Of a DNA stretch of 64,000 nt, positions 8,689 to 17,251 are shown in pieces. The translations under genes and the position numbers were made by a program. The stretch lies in the NCBI GenBank assembly GCA_041649955.1, contig JBAZMD010000002.1:7709-71708 (forward strand), given 5' to 3'. The notes under the pieces are model-generated. The model saw only the letters and a program-made list of their open reading frames with translations. It did no database searches and was not told the origin of the DNA. Position 1 is the stretch's first letter. Every line of letters begins with the position of its first letter. The stretch comes from Patescibacteria group bacterium (lineage in GTDB: Bacteria > Patescibacteriota > Patescibacteriia > UBA2591 > JAQUPP01).

Positions 8689-8716
8689 ATTATATTATAT
8701 CTTTATTTTTTGTCAA
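8689..8716 (-). promoter_or_regulatory. sigma70-like promoter TTGACA-16-TATAAT
   Basis: complement of 8711-8716 TTGACA; complement of 8689-8694 TATAAT. Confidence 0.45.
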
Positions 8717-8744
8717 TCAAATATTTTATTCTAAATTGGATATA

Positions 8745-8778
8745 CTAATTTAACAGACCCTTACCGAAGCAAGGGTCT
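8745..8778 (-). terminator. hairpin terminator AGACCCTT..AAGGGTCT, sequence-related to 8108-8141
   Basis: 8-bp stem 8755-8762/8771-8778 just 3' of the 8801-9415 gene; weaker T-run. Confidence 0.45.
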
Positions 8779-8800
8779 GAGTTTAATTTTCTACAAAGAG

Positions 8801-9415
8801 CTAACTGGAGTTTCCGCATTCACAGAAGCAAAGCAGACAGAAGCTGTCGTTCCAACCATCTTCAAAGCGGCCAAGGCCTAAATTGAATTTGGAAATGTCA
8901 TCAGAACAGCGGAAGATGTTCGCTATGCGGTGGCTACCGTTAGGGTCAACCCAAAGAGCGCTTCGTTCATCAAATGAGACGGACCACTTACCGACTGGAA
9001 AAACATCTTTAGCTTCTTGCCAAGCTAGGAAAAGTCCTCTGACGCCGGTAAGGATGACGTTCTCTGAATGCAGGAAAGCCAGACAATTTTCCGAGATTAT
9101 GCCTTCCATAACCTGGAAAAATTTGACTTTAAATTTCTCCCCGGGTACAAGTCTCCTTGTCGTTCGAAAGTGTTCATCAGTGACATCCGGATGATAGGAA
9201 TTGAATTCAGAGTAATGTTCTTTCTTGAAGGTGGCCAAGCAAATGTCAGGATTGTATTCTACCGGCACAACCAGATTATCAATAACCTTGATTAGATTGA
9301 AGCGCGGATCTACTTTGACAGACATTTTTTTATCCATCGTTTCCTCCATAATACCGAAATTTAAGTCGTTGACTTTATGCCACAACTTTTTCGGCATTGA
9401 TATTATCTTAAACAA
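8801..9415 (-). CDS. hypothetical protein, paralog B of tandem pair (Cys-rich C-terminus)
   Basis: 204 aa; paralogous to 8160-8654 product; locally higher GC than flanks; promoter TTGACA-TAAGAT near 9400-9435. Confidence 0.6.
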   Translation of the reverse strand: MFKIISMPKKLWHKVNDLNFGIMEETMDKKMSVKVDPRFNLIKVIDNLVVPVEYNPDICLATFKKEHYSEFNSYHPDVTDEHFRTTRRLVPGEKFKVKFFQVMEGIISENCLAFLHSENVILTGVRGLFLAWQEAKDVFPVGKWSVSFDERSALWVDPNGSHRIANIFRCSDDISKFNLGLGRFEDGWNDSFCLLCFCECGNSS

Positions 9416-9437
9416 ACTTTGGGAGTTTTGTCAATCC

Positions 9438-10577
9438 TTATATATTCTTTAAAATAATCTCCGCGATTTTGGAAGCGGCATCCGGCTTGGCTAATTTGGA
9501 AATATTTAAACTCAAAACAGAACGTTCACTAACGGAAAAAATCAATTGATGAATTTTCTCTGATAAAATTTTGGGAGTGATATTTTTTTGATTCATTAAA
9601 ACAATTGCTTTTTGCTCTGCAAAATATTGAGCGTTAATTTCTTGATGGGAATCCGGCATTGGAATTATAATCGCCGGCTTACCTAAGATTGACAATTCAG
9701 TTAAAAATCCCATTCCGGCTCGGCTGATAACCAAATCGGCAATCGTTAAAGCGTCCGGCATTGCTTCGTTTAAAAATTCATATTGATGATAATGAGTTAG
9801 AGTTTGTGCAGCTTGTATTTTACTTTTTCCTGTTATGTGAATTATTTGACAAAATTTAACTAATTCAGGAATAATTTCACTGATTAACTTATTGATATTT
9901 TGAGCGCCTGTGCCTCCGCCAACGACTAATAATGTCGGTAAATTATTTTCCAAATTAAATCTTTTAATCGCTCTTTCTTGGGAATAATTTTTAATATCCG
10001 GACGAACCGGATTGCCGGTTAAAATGGTTTTTTCTTTTGGAAAATCATTTAACGATTTTTCCAAGCTGACCGTAATAATTTTGGTAAAAGGAGCCATCAA
10101 TTTATTGGCTAAACCCGGAATAACATCTTGCTGATGAATAAAAATCGGTATTCTAAAAAACCAGCCCGCCCAAACCAAAGGTACGGCGACAAATCCCCCG
10201 GCCGAAACAATGGCTTTTGGCTTATATTTTAAAATTAAAAAAACAGATTGTAAAAAACCTGCAATAATTAAAAATGGAGAAACAAAATTTTGCCAGCAAA
10301 AATAACGGCTCAATTTACCGGAAAAAATCGGTTGATAAGGAATATTATATGATTGAGCCAATTCGCGCTCGGGAATTCCTTTTTTTGTGCCAATAAATAA
10401 AAACTTTGTTTCCGTCCGCCGGCTGGCGGATTGTTTTTCCAGCCCAAGGCTGGTCAGCCTCTGGCTGATAATTTCTTGGCTGATAGCTAAAAGCGGACTT
10501 ACCGAACCGCCCGTACCACCGCCGCTTAAAAATATTCTCATACCAGACAGTATACTATTTTTAGAAAAATTGTCCAA
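9438..10577 (-). CDS. murG: undecaprenyldiphospho-muramoylpentapeptide beta-N-acetylglucosaminyltransferase MurG (with in-frame GC-hairpin insertion)
   Basis: 379 aa; MRIFLSGGGTGGSVSP N-terminal glycosyltransferase-28 motif; ~18-codon extra segment ISQRLTSLGLEKQSASRR encoded by 10415-10468. Confidence 0.9.
   Translation of the reverse strand: MDNFSKNSILSGMRIFLSGGGTGGSVSPLLAISQEIISQRLTSLGLEKQSASRRTETKFLFIGTKKGIPERELAQSYNIPYQPIFSGKLSRYFCWQNFVSPFLIIAGFLQSVFLILKYKPKAIVSAGGFVAVPLVWAGWFFRIPIFIHQQDVIPGLANKLMAPFTKIITVSLEKSLNDFPKEKTILTGNPVRPDIKNYSQERAIKRFNLENNLPTLLVVGGGTGAQNINKLISEIIPELVKFCQIIHITGKSKIQAAQTLTHYHQYEFLNEAMPDALTIADLVISRAGMGFLTELSILGKPAIIIPMPDSHQEINAQYFAEQKAIVLMNQKNITPKILSEKIHQLIFSVSERSVLSLNISKLAKPDAASKIAEIILKNI
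10415..10468. repeat. three consecutive GC-rich mini-hairpins (TCCGCC-GGCT-GGCGGA, CAGCC-CAA-GGCTG, TCAGCC-TCT-GGCTGA) inside murG coding sequence
   Basis: read directly; 16-mer TCCGCCGGCTGGCGGA identical to intergenic 27680-27695. Confidence 0.65.
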
Positions 10578-10626
10578 AAAAAATTAGCGCCCGTTTCAAC
10601 AACGAACGCTAAACTTTTTTTCATAT

Positions 10627-10821
10627 TTATTTTTTTCTCCAAAACAACATTCCTCTCTTTCTTCCAGCTTTTACTAATATAATCCGCCACTTATGGAGGT
10701 AGCGGTTCATAGGATCTATAAGCTTTGTTTCTTCTACTTTGTATCCAAGACTTAGGAACGTACCCTGAGACTTCTCAATATTCTTAAATCCTATAACATT
10801 GAGAATTATTCTCTCTTCCAT
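10627..10821 (-). CDS. small hypothetical protein (64 aa, basic C-terminus)
   Basis: strong SD AGGAGGTGA 7 nt upstream of ATG; hairpin+T-run terminator at ~10578-10612. Confidence 0.5.
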   Translation of the reverse strand: MEERIILNVIGFKNIEKSQGTFLSLGYKVEETKLIDPMNRYLHKWRIILVKAGRKRGMLFWRKK

Positions 10822-10842
10822 TTTAAATCACCTCCTGATTAA

Positions 10843-10871
10843 TTGACAAATTTTTACTATTTTGGTATTAA
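10843..10871 (+). promoter_or_regulatory. sigma70-like promoter TTGACA-17-TATTAA upstream of dprA
   Basis: TTGACA 10843-10848, TATTAA 10866-10871. Confidence 0.4.
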
Positions 10872-10905
10872 TTAACTGATTTAATATTAGCATAAAAATT
10901 CAAAA

Positions 10906-11769
10906 ATGTCAAGCCCTGTTTTAAAAATTAATCTCAAAGATAAAAACTATCCCAAATTGCTGAAAGAAATTTATGACCCGCCGCAGAACCTGTACGCCGT
11001 CGGAGAAATCAAGGCGGAAGAAAATTATCCCTTGGCAATTGTCGGAACACGAAAAGTTTCAAGCTATGGCAAGCAAATTACCGTTTCTTTGACCAAAGAT
11101 TTGGTTAAAGCCGGATTAACGATTGTCAGCGGTTTAGCTTTGGGCGTGGACGGATTGGCGCATCAAACAACTCTTGATAACGGCGGCCGAACGATCGCCG
11201 TTTTGGGTTCAAGTCCTGATATTATTTATCCGCCGCTTCATAGAACTTTGGCAAAAAATATTATTAAAAATAACGGAGCAATAGTTTCGGAATATCCGCC
11301 AACCACCTCTCCGACCAGATGGACTTTTCCTGCCAGAAACAGAATTATTGCCGGACTTTCATTGGGAACCTTGGTTATAGAAGCGCCGGAAAAATCCGGA
11401 GCTTTGATTACCGCGCATTCAGCTTTGGATCAAGGACGAGAAGTTTTCGCCGTGCCCGGCAGCATTTACAATCCTAATTCAGCCGGCTGCAATCAACTGA
11501 TTAAAATGGGCGCGAAAGCGGTTACCAAGGCCGAAGATATTTTAGACGCTTTTAATTTGGAATTGTCGGAAAAAATTTCCGAAACACCCGAACCGACCTT
11601 GCCGGAAGAAAAAATATTGTGGAAATTTTTAAGCCACGAGCCCGTACATATTGACCAATTAATTAAATCAAGTAAATTTAGCACCAGTCAGGCCATTGCT
11701 GTCTTGACATTAATGGAAATAAACGGCAAAGTAAAAAACCTGGGAGGCGGAAATTATGTCAAAAACTAA
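10906..11769 (+). CDS. dprA: DNA-processing protein DprA (SMF family)
   Basis: 287 aa; LAIVGTRKVSSYG...GLALGVDGLAHQ...RTIAVLGSSPD Rossmann-like DprA core; overlaps topA start (dprA-topA conserved pair). Confidence 0.9.
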   Translation: MSSPVLKINLKDKNYPKLLKEIYDPPQNLYAVGEIKAEENYPLAIVGTRKVSSYGKQITVSLTKDLVKAGLTIVSGLALGVDGLAHQTTLDNGGRTIAVLGSSPDIIYPPLHRTLAKNIIKNNGAIVSEYPPTTSPTRWTFPARNRIIAGLSLGTLVIEAPEKSGALITAHSALDQGREVFAVPGSIYNPNSAGCNQLIKMGAKAVTKAEDILDAFNLELSEKISETPEPTLPEEKILWKFLSHEPVHIDQLIKSSKFSTSQAIAVLTLMEINGKVKNLGGGNYVKN

Positions 11770-13957
11770 AAATCAAAAAAAATTAATCATTGTCGAGTCG
11801 CCGACAAAATCAAAAACCATTTCTCATTTTTTGGGAGATGAATTTTTAATTGAATCTTCTTACGGCCACATTCGCAATCTTCCAAAAAGCAATAAAAAGG
11901 CCATTGATATTAAAGCTGGATTTATTCCTCATTATGAAATCACCAAAGGGAAAGAAGATGTTGTTTCTAAAATTAAAAGTCTCGCTAAAAACGCAAGTGA
12001 AGTATTGCTCGCGACAGATCCTGACCGCGAAGGAGAATCCATTGCTTGGCACTTGAAAGAAACCTGCGGTTTGAAAAATCCAAAACGAATTGTTTTTCAT
12101 GAAATCACCGAGAACGCAATTAAAGAAGCGATAAATCATCCGCGGGAAATTGACGAAAATTTGCGGCAAGCTCAAGAAGCGCGCCGAGTTTTGGATCGCC
12201 TGGTCGGTTATGATTTAAGCGGTTTGATTTGGAAAAAAGTCCGCTACGGGCTTTCAGCCGGCCGCGTTCAATCGCCGGCGCTGCGCATAATTATGGAAAG
12301 AGAACGCGAAATCAGAGCGTTTATACCGGAAAATTATTGGGTTTTAACCGGAGAATTTAAGACAGAAAAAAATGACAAAATTATTTTGACTTGCGACAAA
12401 GAACCGGCTGATGAAAAAGAAACCAATAGAATTTTAGAAGCCGGCCGCGCCAATCCATGGCACATCGCTGAAATAAAACAAACCGAAGCCAAGCGTTCTC
12501 CTCGCGCGCCATTCACCACTTCAACGCTTCAGCAAACAGCCAGTTCTCGGCTCGGATTTTCCCCATCGCGCACAATGATGGTGGCTCAAAAACTTTATGA
12601 ACAAGGTTTAATCACATATATGAGAACCGACAGCGTGATTATCAGCAAGGAAGCTTTGCCTGTAATTCATCAAGAAATAGAAAAAACTTTTGGCAAAAAA
12701 TATTTGGAACCGCGAATTTATAAAACAAAAAGTAAAAGCGCTCAAGAAGCGCATGAAGCAATTCGTCCGACAAATATCGGATTGAAAAACGCCGGCGCGA
12801 ACGAAGAACAGGAAAGATTATACGGACTGATTTGGGCGAGAACAATTTCTTCTCAAATGACTGACGCAAAAATGCTCAGAACAAAAGTTTCCGCCAATAT
12901 AAATAAAGAAGGAATAATTCCTAATTTTTCCGTGGTCGGAAGTATTACTGTTTTTCCCGGATGGCTCGCGGCAGATGTAGAAGCTCAAGGCGAAGAAGTT
13001 CAAATACCGAAATTATCCAAAGGCGAAAAATTGGAATTGCTGAATCTTGAGAGCCAAGGCAAACAAACAGAACCGCCCGGCCGCTACACGGAAGCCGGAT
13101 TGGTAAAAGAATTGGAAAAACGCGAAATCGGAAGACCGAGCACCTATGCTTACATTATTAAAACAATCAATGACCGCGGATATGTGACCAAAGACGGCAA
13201 AACGCTCCACCCCACCGACACCGGCGAAGTGGTCAGCGATTTTCTTGAAAATAATTTTCCGAAATATATCAGCGATTCCTTCACCGCGGAAATGGAAAAC
13301 GAACTTGATGAAATAGCCGAAGGAAAAATAAAATATGAAAAAGTTTTAAAAGATTTTTACGGCCCGTTTTCCAAAGACGTTAAATCAAAAGAGAAAATAG
13401 ATAAGGTAACCAATCTTGGAGATGCTGACGAAAAATTCAAATGCCCGGTTTGCAACGGTCCGATGGTCATAAAATTGTCCAAAACCGGCAAATTTTTAAG
13501 CTGCGCGAAATTCCCTGAATGTGTTGGCGCCAGAAAAGCAGACGGTTCCATAATGGAAGGTCCGAAAGAAACCGGCGAAATGTGTCCGGAATGTTTAACC
13601 GGCAAACTCGTAGAACGCGAAGGCCGCTTTGGCAAATTTATTTTTTGCAGCAATTATCCAAAATGCAAATTCATTAAAAGAAGCGCTGAAGAAGAAGCCA
13701 AAGCAAAAACCGGAGTAAAATGCCCGAAGTGCGAAGGAGAAATCGTGGAACGCCGCGGAAGATTCGGTCCGTTTTTTTCCTGTTCCAATTATCCCAAATG
13801 TAAATTCATAATAAAATCCCGTCCAACCGGAAAAATCTGCGACCTTTGCGGATCTTTGATGATGCAAGGAACTAAAACAATACCGGAAAGATGCAGCAAT
13901 AAAGCATGTTCTATGCACAATCCTCACAAAAAACCGTCAGAAAGTGCGAAAATTTGA
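11756..13957 (+). CDS. topA: DNA topoisomerase I TopA with C-terminal zinc-ribbon repeats
   Basis: 733 aa; TOPRIM KLIIVESPTKSKTI, ATDPDREGE; four CPxC..C..C zinc ribbons at C-terminus. Confidence 0.95.
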   Translation: MSKTKNQKKLIIVESPTKSKTISHFLGDEFLIESSYGHIRNLPKSNKKAIDIKAGFIPHYEITKGKEDVVSKIKSLAKNASEVLLATDPDREGESIAWHLKETCGLKNPKRIVFHEITENAIKEAINHPREIDENLRQAQEARRVLDRLVGYDLSGLIWKKVRYGLSAGRVQSPALRIIMEREREIRAFIPENYWVLTGEFKTEKNDKIILTCDKEPADEKETNRILEAGRANPWHIAEIKQTEAKRSPRAPFTTSTLQQTASSRLGFSPSRTMMVAQKLYEQGLITYMRTDSVIISKEALPVIHQEIEKTFGKKYLEPRIYKTKSKSAQEAHEAIRPTNIGLKNAGANEEQERLYGLIWARTISSQMTDAKMLRTKVSANINKEGIIPNFSVVGSITVFPGWLAADVEAQGEEVQIPKLSKGEKLELLNLESQGKQTEPPGRYTEAGLVKELEKREIGRPSTYAYIIKTINDRGYVTKDGKTLHPTDTGEVVSDFLENNFPKYISDSFTAEMENELDEIAEGKIKYEKVLKDFYGPFSKDVKSKEKIDKVTNLGDADEKFKCPVCNGPMVIKLSKTGKFLSCAKFPECVGARKADGSIMEGPKETGEMCPECLTGKLVEREGRFGKFIFCSNYPKCKFIKRSAEEEAKAKTGVKCPKCEGEIVERRGRFGPFFSCSNYPKCKFIIKSRPTGKICDLCGSLMMQGTKTIPERCSNKACSMHNPHKKPSESAKI

Positions 13958-13962
13958 ACGAT

Positions 13963-13990
13963 TGACAAAAATCAAAAAAAGTGTATAATA
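13963..13990 (+). promoter_or_regulatory. sigma70-like promoter TTGACA-15/16-TATAAT
   Basis: TTGACA 13963-13968; TATAAT 13984-13989; upstream of 14028 gene. Confidence 0.4.
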
Positions 13991-14027
13991 AAAGTATAAA
14001 ATAAATTAATTAAATAATTTTAATTAT

Positions 14028-14315
14028 ATGGAAAATAAAAGAGATGGAAGTTCACCTCATGAATTATTAAATGCACAAGAAGGACAAGAAAAATTTGATA
14101 TGCTATTAAAAAGTGGTAATATTGATAGAGTCGAAGAATTAGAAAAGCATGCCAAGGCATTAGGACTTAAGTTGGAAATTAAACCAGAACTTTTACAAGA
14201 AGCATATGAATATCACCATAAAGTGAAGTGGCTTGGTAATGAGTTAAATAAAATAAGACAGTATGCTGCAAAAAAAGGAATTGAATTGAAAGAACCAGAA
14301 AAATCGAAAGAATAA
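14028..14315 (+). CDS. hypothetical protein (95 aa, charged, helical)
   Basis: ORF with promoter upstream and terminator downstream; no recognisable domain. Confidence 0.5.
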   Translation: MENKRDGSSPHELLNAQEGQEKFDMLLKSGNIDRVEELEKHAKALGLKLEIKPELLQEAYEYHHKVKWLGNELNKIRQYAAKKGIELKEPEKSKE

Positions 14316-14357
14316 GGAAGTTTAGATATTATTAAAATTAAGTTTTTTATCAAAAAA

Positions 14358-14394
14358 TTAAGAGCCGATATTTCATCGGCTCTTAATTTTTATT
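14358..14394. terminator. bidirectional rho-independent terminator (TTAAGAGCCGAT-ATTTC-ATCGGCTCTTAA + T-run; A-run on other side)
   Basis: 12-bp stem read directly, flanked by TTTTATT (plus) and AAAAAA (plus, = T-run on minus); between convergent 14028 gene and parB. Confidence 0.65.
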
Positions 14395-14436
14395 CTCTTA
14401 CTTTTTCTATTCTTGGAGGTCCGACCTCCATTAAAC

Positions 14437-15285
14437 CTAAAAAGCTAATAATTTTTGAATTATTTTTTCCAAATCTTCTTGGCTGAAAGTTTCAATGACA
14501 ATCTTTCCGCCTTTTTTCTTTTTAATAATTTTTATTTTCGCGTCCAGAATTTTCGCCAATTCCCTCTCGTTTTCCAAAAGCATGGAATCCAATTCAACGG
14601 TTTTCCTGACTCTTTTTCCGCCGACAATTTTTTCCGTTTCCCGCACGGTTAAATTCAATCCCAAAACTCTTTTCAATAAAATTTTTTGTTTTTCCTGATC
14701 TTCTGTGGAGAGCAGGGCCTTGGCATGGCCTTCGGTAATTTGTTCTTCTTCAATCGCCCTCTGAATCGGTTCGGCAAGAGTTAAAAGGCGCAAAGTATTT
14801 GCCACGCTTGTTCGTGCTTTTCCCAATTTTCTCGCAATATTTTCTTGGGTCAAATTAAATTCATCGGTCAATCGCTTGTAAGCTCGTGCTCTTTCCATGG
14901 GATTTAAATCTTGTCTCTGAATATTTTCCAAAAGAGAAATTTCAAATTTTTCGCTGTCTTTGACTGATCTGACAATAGCCGGCACTGTTTTAAATTCCAA
15001 AAATTTAGCCGCTCTGAAACGACGCTCGCCGGCGACAATTTGATATTTTCCCCAACCAATTGAAGTCAAAATCAGAGGTTGAATAATTCCGTATTCGCGA
15101 AGAGAATTGATCAATCCTTCCATTTCTTGATGAGGGAAATTTTTTCTCGGCTGGTCAGGATTGGCTTCAATTTGTTCAAGCGGGATTTCCAAAACCCGCT
15201 CGCCTGTTTCGGCTAACGTTTCTTCGGTGATTTTTTGAATTGTTTTTGGAGGAATTAACGCCCCCAGTCCTCTTCCTAATGACAT
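14437..15285 (-). CDS. parB: chromosome partitioning protein ParB/Spo0J
   Basis: 282 aa; ParB box GIIQPLIL...IVAGERRFRAAK; HTH region; downstream of parA. Confidence 0.9.
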   Translation of the reverse strand: MSLGRGLGALIPPKTIQKITEETLAETGERVLEIPLEQIEANPDQPRKNFPHQEMEGLINSLREYGIIQPLILTSIGWGKYQIVAGERRFRAAKFLEFKTVPAIVRSVKDSEKFEISLLENIQRQDLNPMERARAYKRLTDEFNLTQENIARKLGKARTSVANTLRLLTLAEPIQRAIEEEQITEGHAKALLSTEDQEKQKILLKRVLGLNLTVRETEKIVGGKRVRKTVELDSMLLENERELAKILDAKIKIIKKKKGGKIVIETFSQEDLEKIIQKLLAF

Positions 15286-15294
15286 AAAAACTCT

Positions 15295-16053
15295 TTAATT
15301 ATTATGTAAAACAAACTCTCTGGCTAAACGATGGTAAGCTTTGGCTCCGCGAGATCGAGGCGCATATTCTAAAATTGTTTTGCCGTAGCTCGGCGCTTCA
15401 GCCAAATAAACATTGCGAGGAATAACTGTTCTGTAAATTTTATGCGGAAAAAATTTATATAATTCTTCCCAGACATCAGCCGACAATTTTCCGCGCGTGT
15501 CATACATTGTCAGTATCGCTCCCAAAACGCTGAGATCCGGCCTTAAATTTTCTTTTATCAAATTGATGGTATTTAAAAGCTGACCCAATCCTTCCAAAGC
15601 GAAATATTCAGCTTGAACAGGAATTAAAACACTGCTTGAAGCCACTAAGCTGTTAATGGTCATTAATCCCAATGAAGGCGGGGTGTCAAAAAATACAAAA
15701 TCAAAATCGTCCGCCAAGGGCTTAAGCGCTTTTGTCAAAAGAAATTCTCTGTCTTCCAAATTGACTATTTCAATATTCGCTCCGGCTAAATTTTCATTTG
15801 CCGGAATAAGCCAAAAATTTTTTCTGACTTCTATTAAACCTTCTGTTAAAGGAATTTTTCCGCTTAGAATTTCATAAATCCCCTTGTCTCTGTTTTCCGC
15901 ACTCACACCCAATCCGGAACTGGCATTGGCCTGCGGATCCAAATCAATAATCAAAACTTTCTTGCCGAATCGGGCAAGATAAGCTGACAAGTTGATTAAG
16001 GTGGTGGTTTTTGCCGTACCGCCTTTTTGATTGACAACACTGATAATTTTCAT
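15295..16053 (-). CDS. parA: chromosome partitioning ATPase ParA/Soj
   Basis: 252 aa; deviant Walker A KGGTAKTTT; LIIDLDPQANASS. Confidence 0.9.
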   Translation of the reverse strand: MKIISVVNQKGGTAKTTTLINLSAYLARFGKKVLIIDLDPQANASSGLGVSAENRDKGIYEILSGKIPLTEGLIEVRKNFWLIPANENLAGANIEIVNLEDREFLLTKALKPLADDFDFVFFDTPPSLGLMTINSLVASSSVLIPVQAEYFALEGLGQLLNTINLIKENLRPDLSVLGAILTMYDTRGKLSADVWEELYKFFPHKIYRTVIPRNVYLAEAPSYGKTILEYAPRSRGAKAYHRLAREFVLHNN

Positions 16054-16192
16054 ACCCGCCTAAATTTTTTAATAGCTCCTTCCTGTCTAAATTTTAAAAG
16101 AAAAATTTAAACAGATTTTAATATAATTTTTGCCTCGCCCTGACTTAAAAAACTTGAGCGGGCATAACTTTAGTTTATCACTTTTAAAACGT

Positions 16193-16220
16193 TTGACAAG
16201 ATTTAAAAAAATGTTAAAAT
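16193..16220 (+). promoter_or_regulatory. sigma70-like promoter TTGACA-16-TAAAAT upstream of tRNA cluster
   Basis: TTGACA 16193-16198; TAAAAT 16215-16220; ~30 nt upstream of tRNA-Leu. Confidence 0.4.
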
Positions 16221-16251
16221 ATTGTGAATGCCGCGCCGTCCCATATTTTGC

Positions 16252-16335
16252 GCCGAGGTGCTGAAACTGGTAAACAGGCTGGTCTCAAAAACCAGTGGGT
16301 GCAAACCCTTGAGGGTTCAAGTCCCTCCCTCGGCA
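16252..16335 (+). tRNA. tRNA-Leu (anticodon CAA), long variable arm, no encoded CCA
   Basis: cloverleaf read by hand: acceptor GCCGAGG/CCTCGGC, anticodon stem CTGGT/ACCAG loop CTCAAAA, long extra arm, T-arm GAGGG-TTCAAGT-CCCTC. Confidence 0.8.
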
Positions 16336-16354
16336 TATAAAAATACAAATATGT

Positions 16355-16939
16355 ATGATTGATAAAAATGTATTAGCTTATGTCATTGGTATAGCAATTG
16401 GCGATGGTAATTTATCAAATCCTAACGGCCGCGCCATAAGATTACGAGTAACCTGTGATACTAAATACAAAAATATCATTTCAGAAATTATAGCTTCTAT
16501 AAAAATATTAGTTCCAAAAAATAAAGTTTCTATTGTCCACCGAGAAAAAAACTATATAGACATCAGTTGTTACTCAAATAAATGGGAAAAATGGTTGGGA
16601 TGGAAGGTTGGCTATGGTCCAAAAGTAAAACAAAATATCTCAATACCCACCTGGATTAAAAATAATAAAAAATATTCCATTAAATGTTTAAAGGGATTAT
16701 TAGAAACAGATGGGTCGGTATATTTGGATAAAAATTATAAAATGGTAAATTTTACCACTGTTATTCCAAAACTTGCCAAAGATATAATAAATATTATTAT
16801 AAAATTAAATTTTTATCCACATCTTTATACTATAAAAGATTCTCGCCCAAATAGAAAAACTAAATACATCATCAGGCTTTCTAAAAATGTAACTGAATTT
16901 CTTAATCTAATTAAACCGTTGAAAGATATTAAAATTTAA
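16355..16939 (+). CDS. LAGLIDADG-family homing endonuclease (two-motif, monomeric type)
   Basis: 194 aa; LAYVIGIAIGDGNL (motif 1) and LKGLLETDGSV (motif 2); very AT-rich; lies between tRNA genes. Confidence 0.75.
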   Translation: MIDKNVLAYVIGIAIGDGNLSNPNGRAIRLRVTCDTKYKNIISEIIASIKILVPKNKVSIVHREKNYIDISCYSNKWEKWLGWKVGYGPKVKQNISIPTWIKNNKKYSIKCLKGLLETDGSVYLDKNYKMVNFTTVIPKLAKDIINIIIKLNFYPHLYTIKDSRPNRKTKYIIRLSKNVTEFLNLIKPLKDIKI

Positions 16940-16960
16940 GGTATCATTATAGTTTAATGA

Positions 16961-17033
16961 CGCGGGGTAGAGCAGCTGGCAGCTCGCCAGGCCCATAACC
17001 TGGAGGTCGTTGGTTCGAATCCAACCCCCGCAA
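16961..17033 (+). tRNA. tRNA-Met (anticodon CAT), initiator-like (C1:A72 mismatch, A11:U24)
   Basis: hand-folded: acceptor CGCGGGG/CCCCGCA, D-stem GAGC/GCTC, anticodon stem CCAGG/CCTGG loop CCCATAA, T-arm GTTGG-TTCGAAT-CCAAC; no CCA. Confidence 0.8.
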
Positions 17034-17084
17034 TTAAAAGGTGGTGACGAATTTTATAAAATTATTGGCCGAGTAAGAACGCCA

Positions 17085-17131
17085 AAGCCCATAATCCCGC
17101 TTGAGCGGGATCGGTTGGTCCAACCCCCGCA
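17085..17131 (+). pseudogene. duplicated tRNA-Met 3'-half remnant (pseudo-tRNA fragment)
   Basis: GCCCATAA...GGTTGG..CCAACCCCCGCAATTAAA repeats the 3' part of the 16961 tRNA (18-mer CCAACCCCCGCAATTAAA identical) with the anticodon stem replaced by hairpin ATCCCGC-TTGA-GCGGGAT. Confidence 0.45.
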
Positions 17132-17165
17132 ATTAAATATTTTGAGCAGGTCTTAACAAAATGAT

Positions 17166-17237
17166 GGCAGGGTAGCTCAGCGGTAGAGCACACGCTTCAT
17201 AAGCGTGCCGTCGCGGGTTCGATCCCCGCCCCTGCTA
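17166..17237 (+). tRNA. tRNA with CAT anticodon (elongator Met or Ile2-lysidine type)
   Basis: acceptor GGCAGGG/CCCTGCT (G1-U72), D-stem GCTC/GAGC, anticodon stem CACGC/GCGTG loop TTCATAA, T-arm GCGGG-TTCGATC-CCCGC. Confidence 0.8.
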
Positions 17238-17251
17238 TTTATATCATATTT

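Noticed and set aside
11846..13927. Multiple antisense or out-of-frame ORFs within topA (e.g. 11846-12175-, 13357-13653-, 13595-13927-)
   Set aside because: They are embedded in a conserved 733-aa topoisomerase I gene and are shadow ORFs.
16252..17237. Possibility that the LAGLIDADG ORF sits in a group I intron within a tRNA
   Set aside because: All three tRNAs fold as uninterrupted cloverleaves by hand. The ORF lies between genes. The only anomaly is a duplicated 3' fragment, which I report as a finding.
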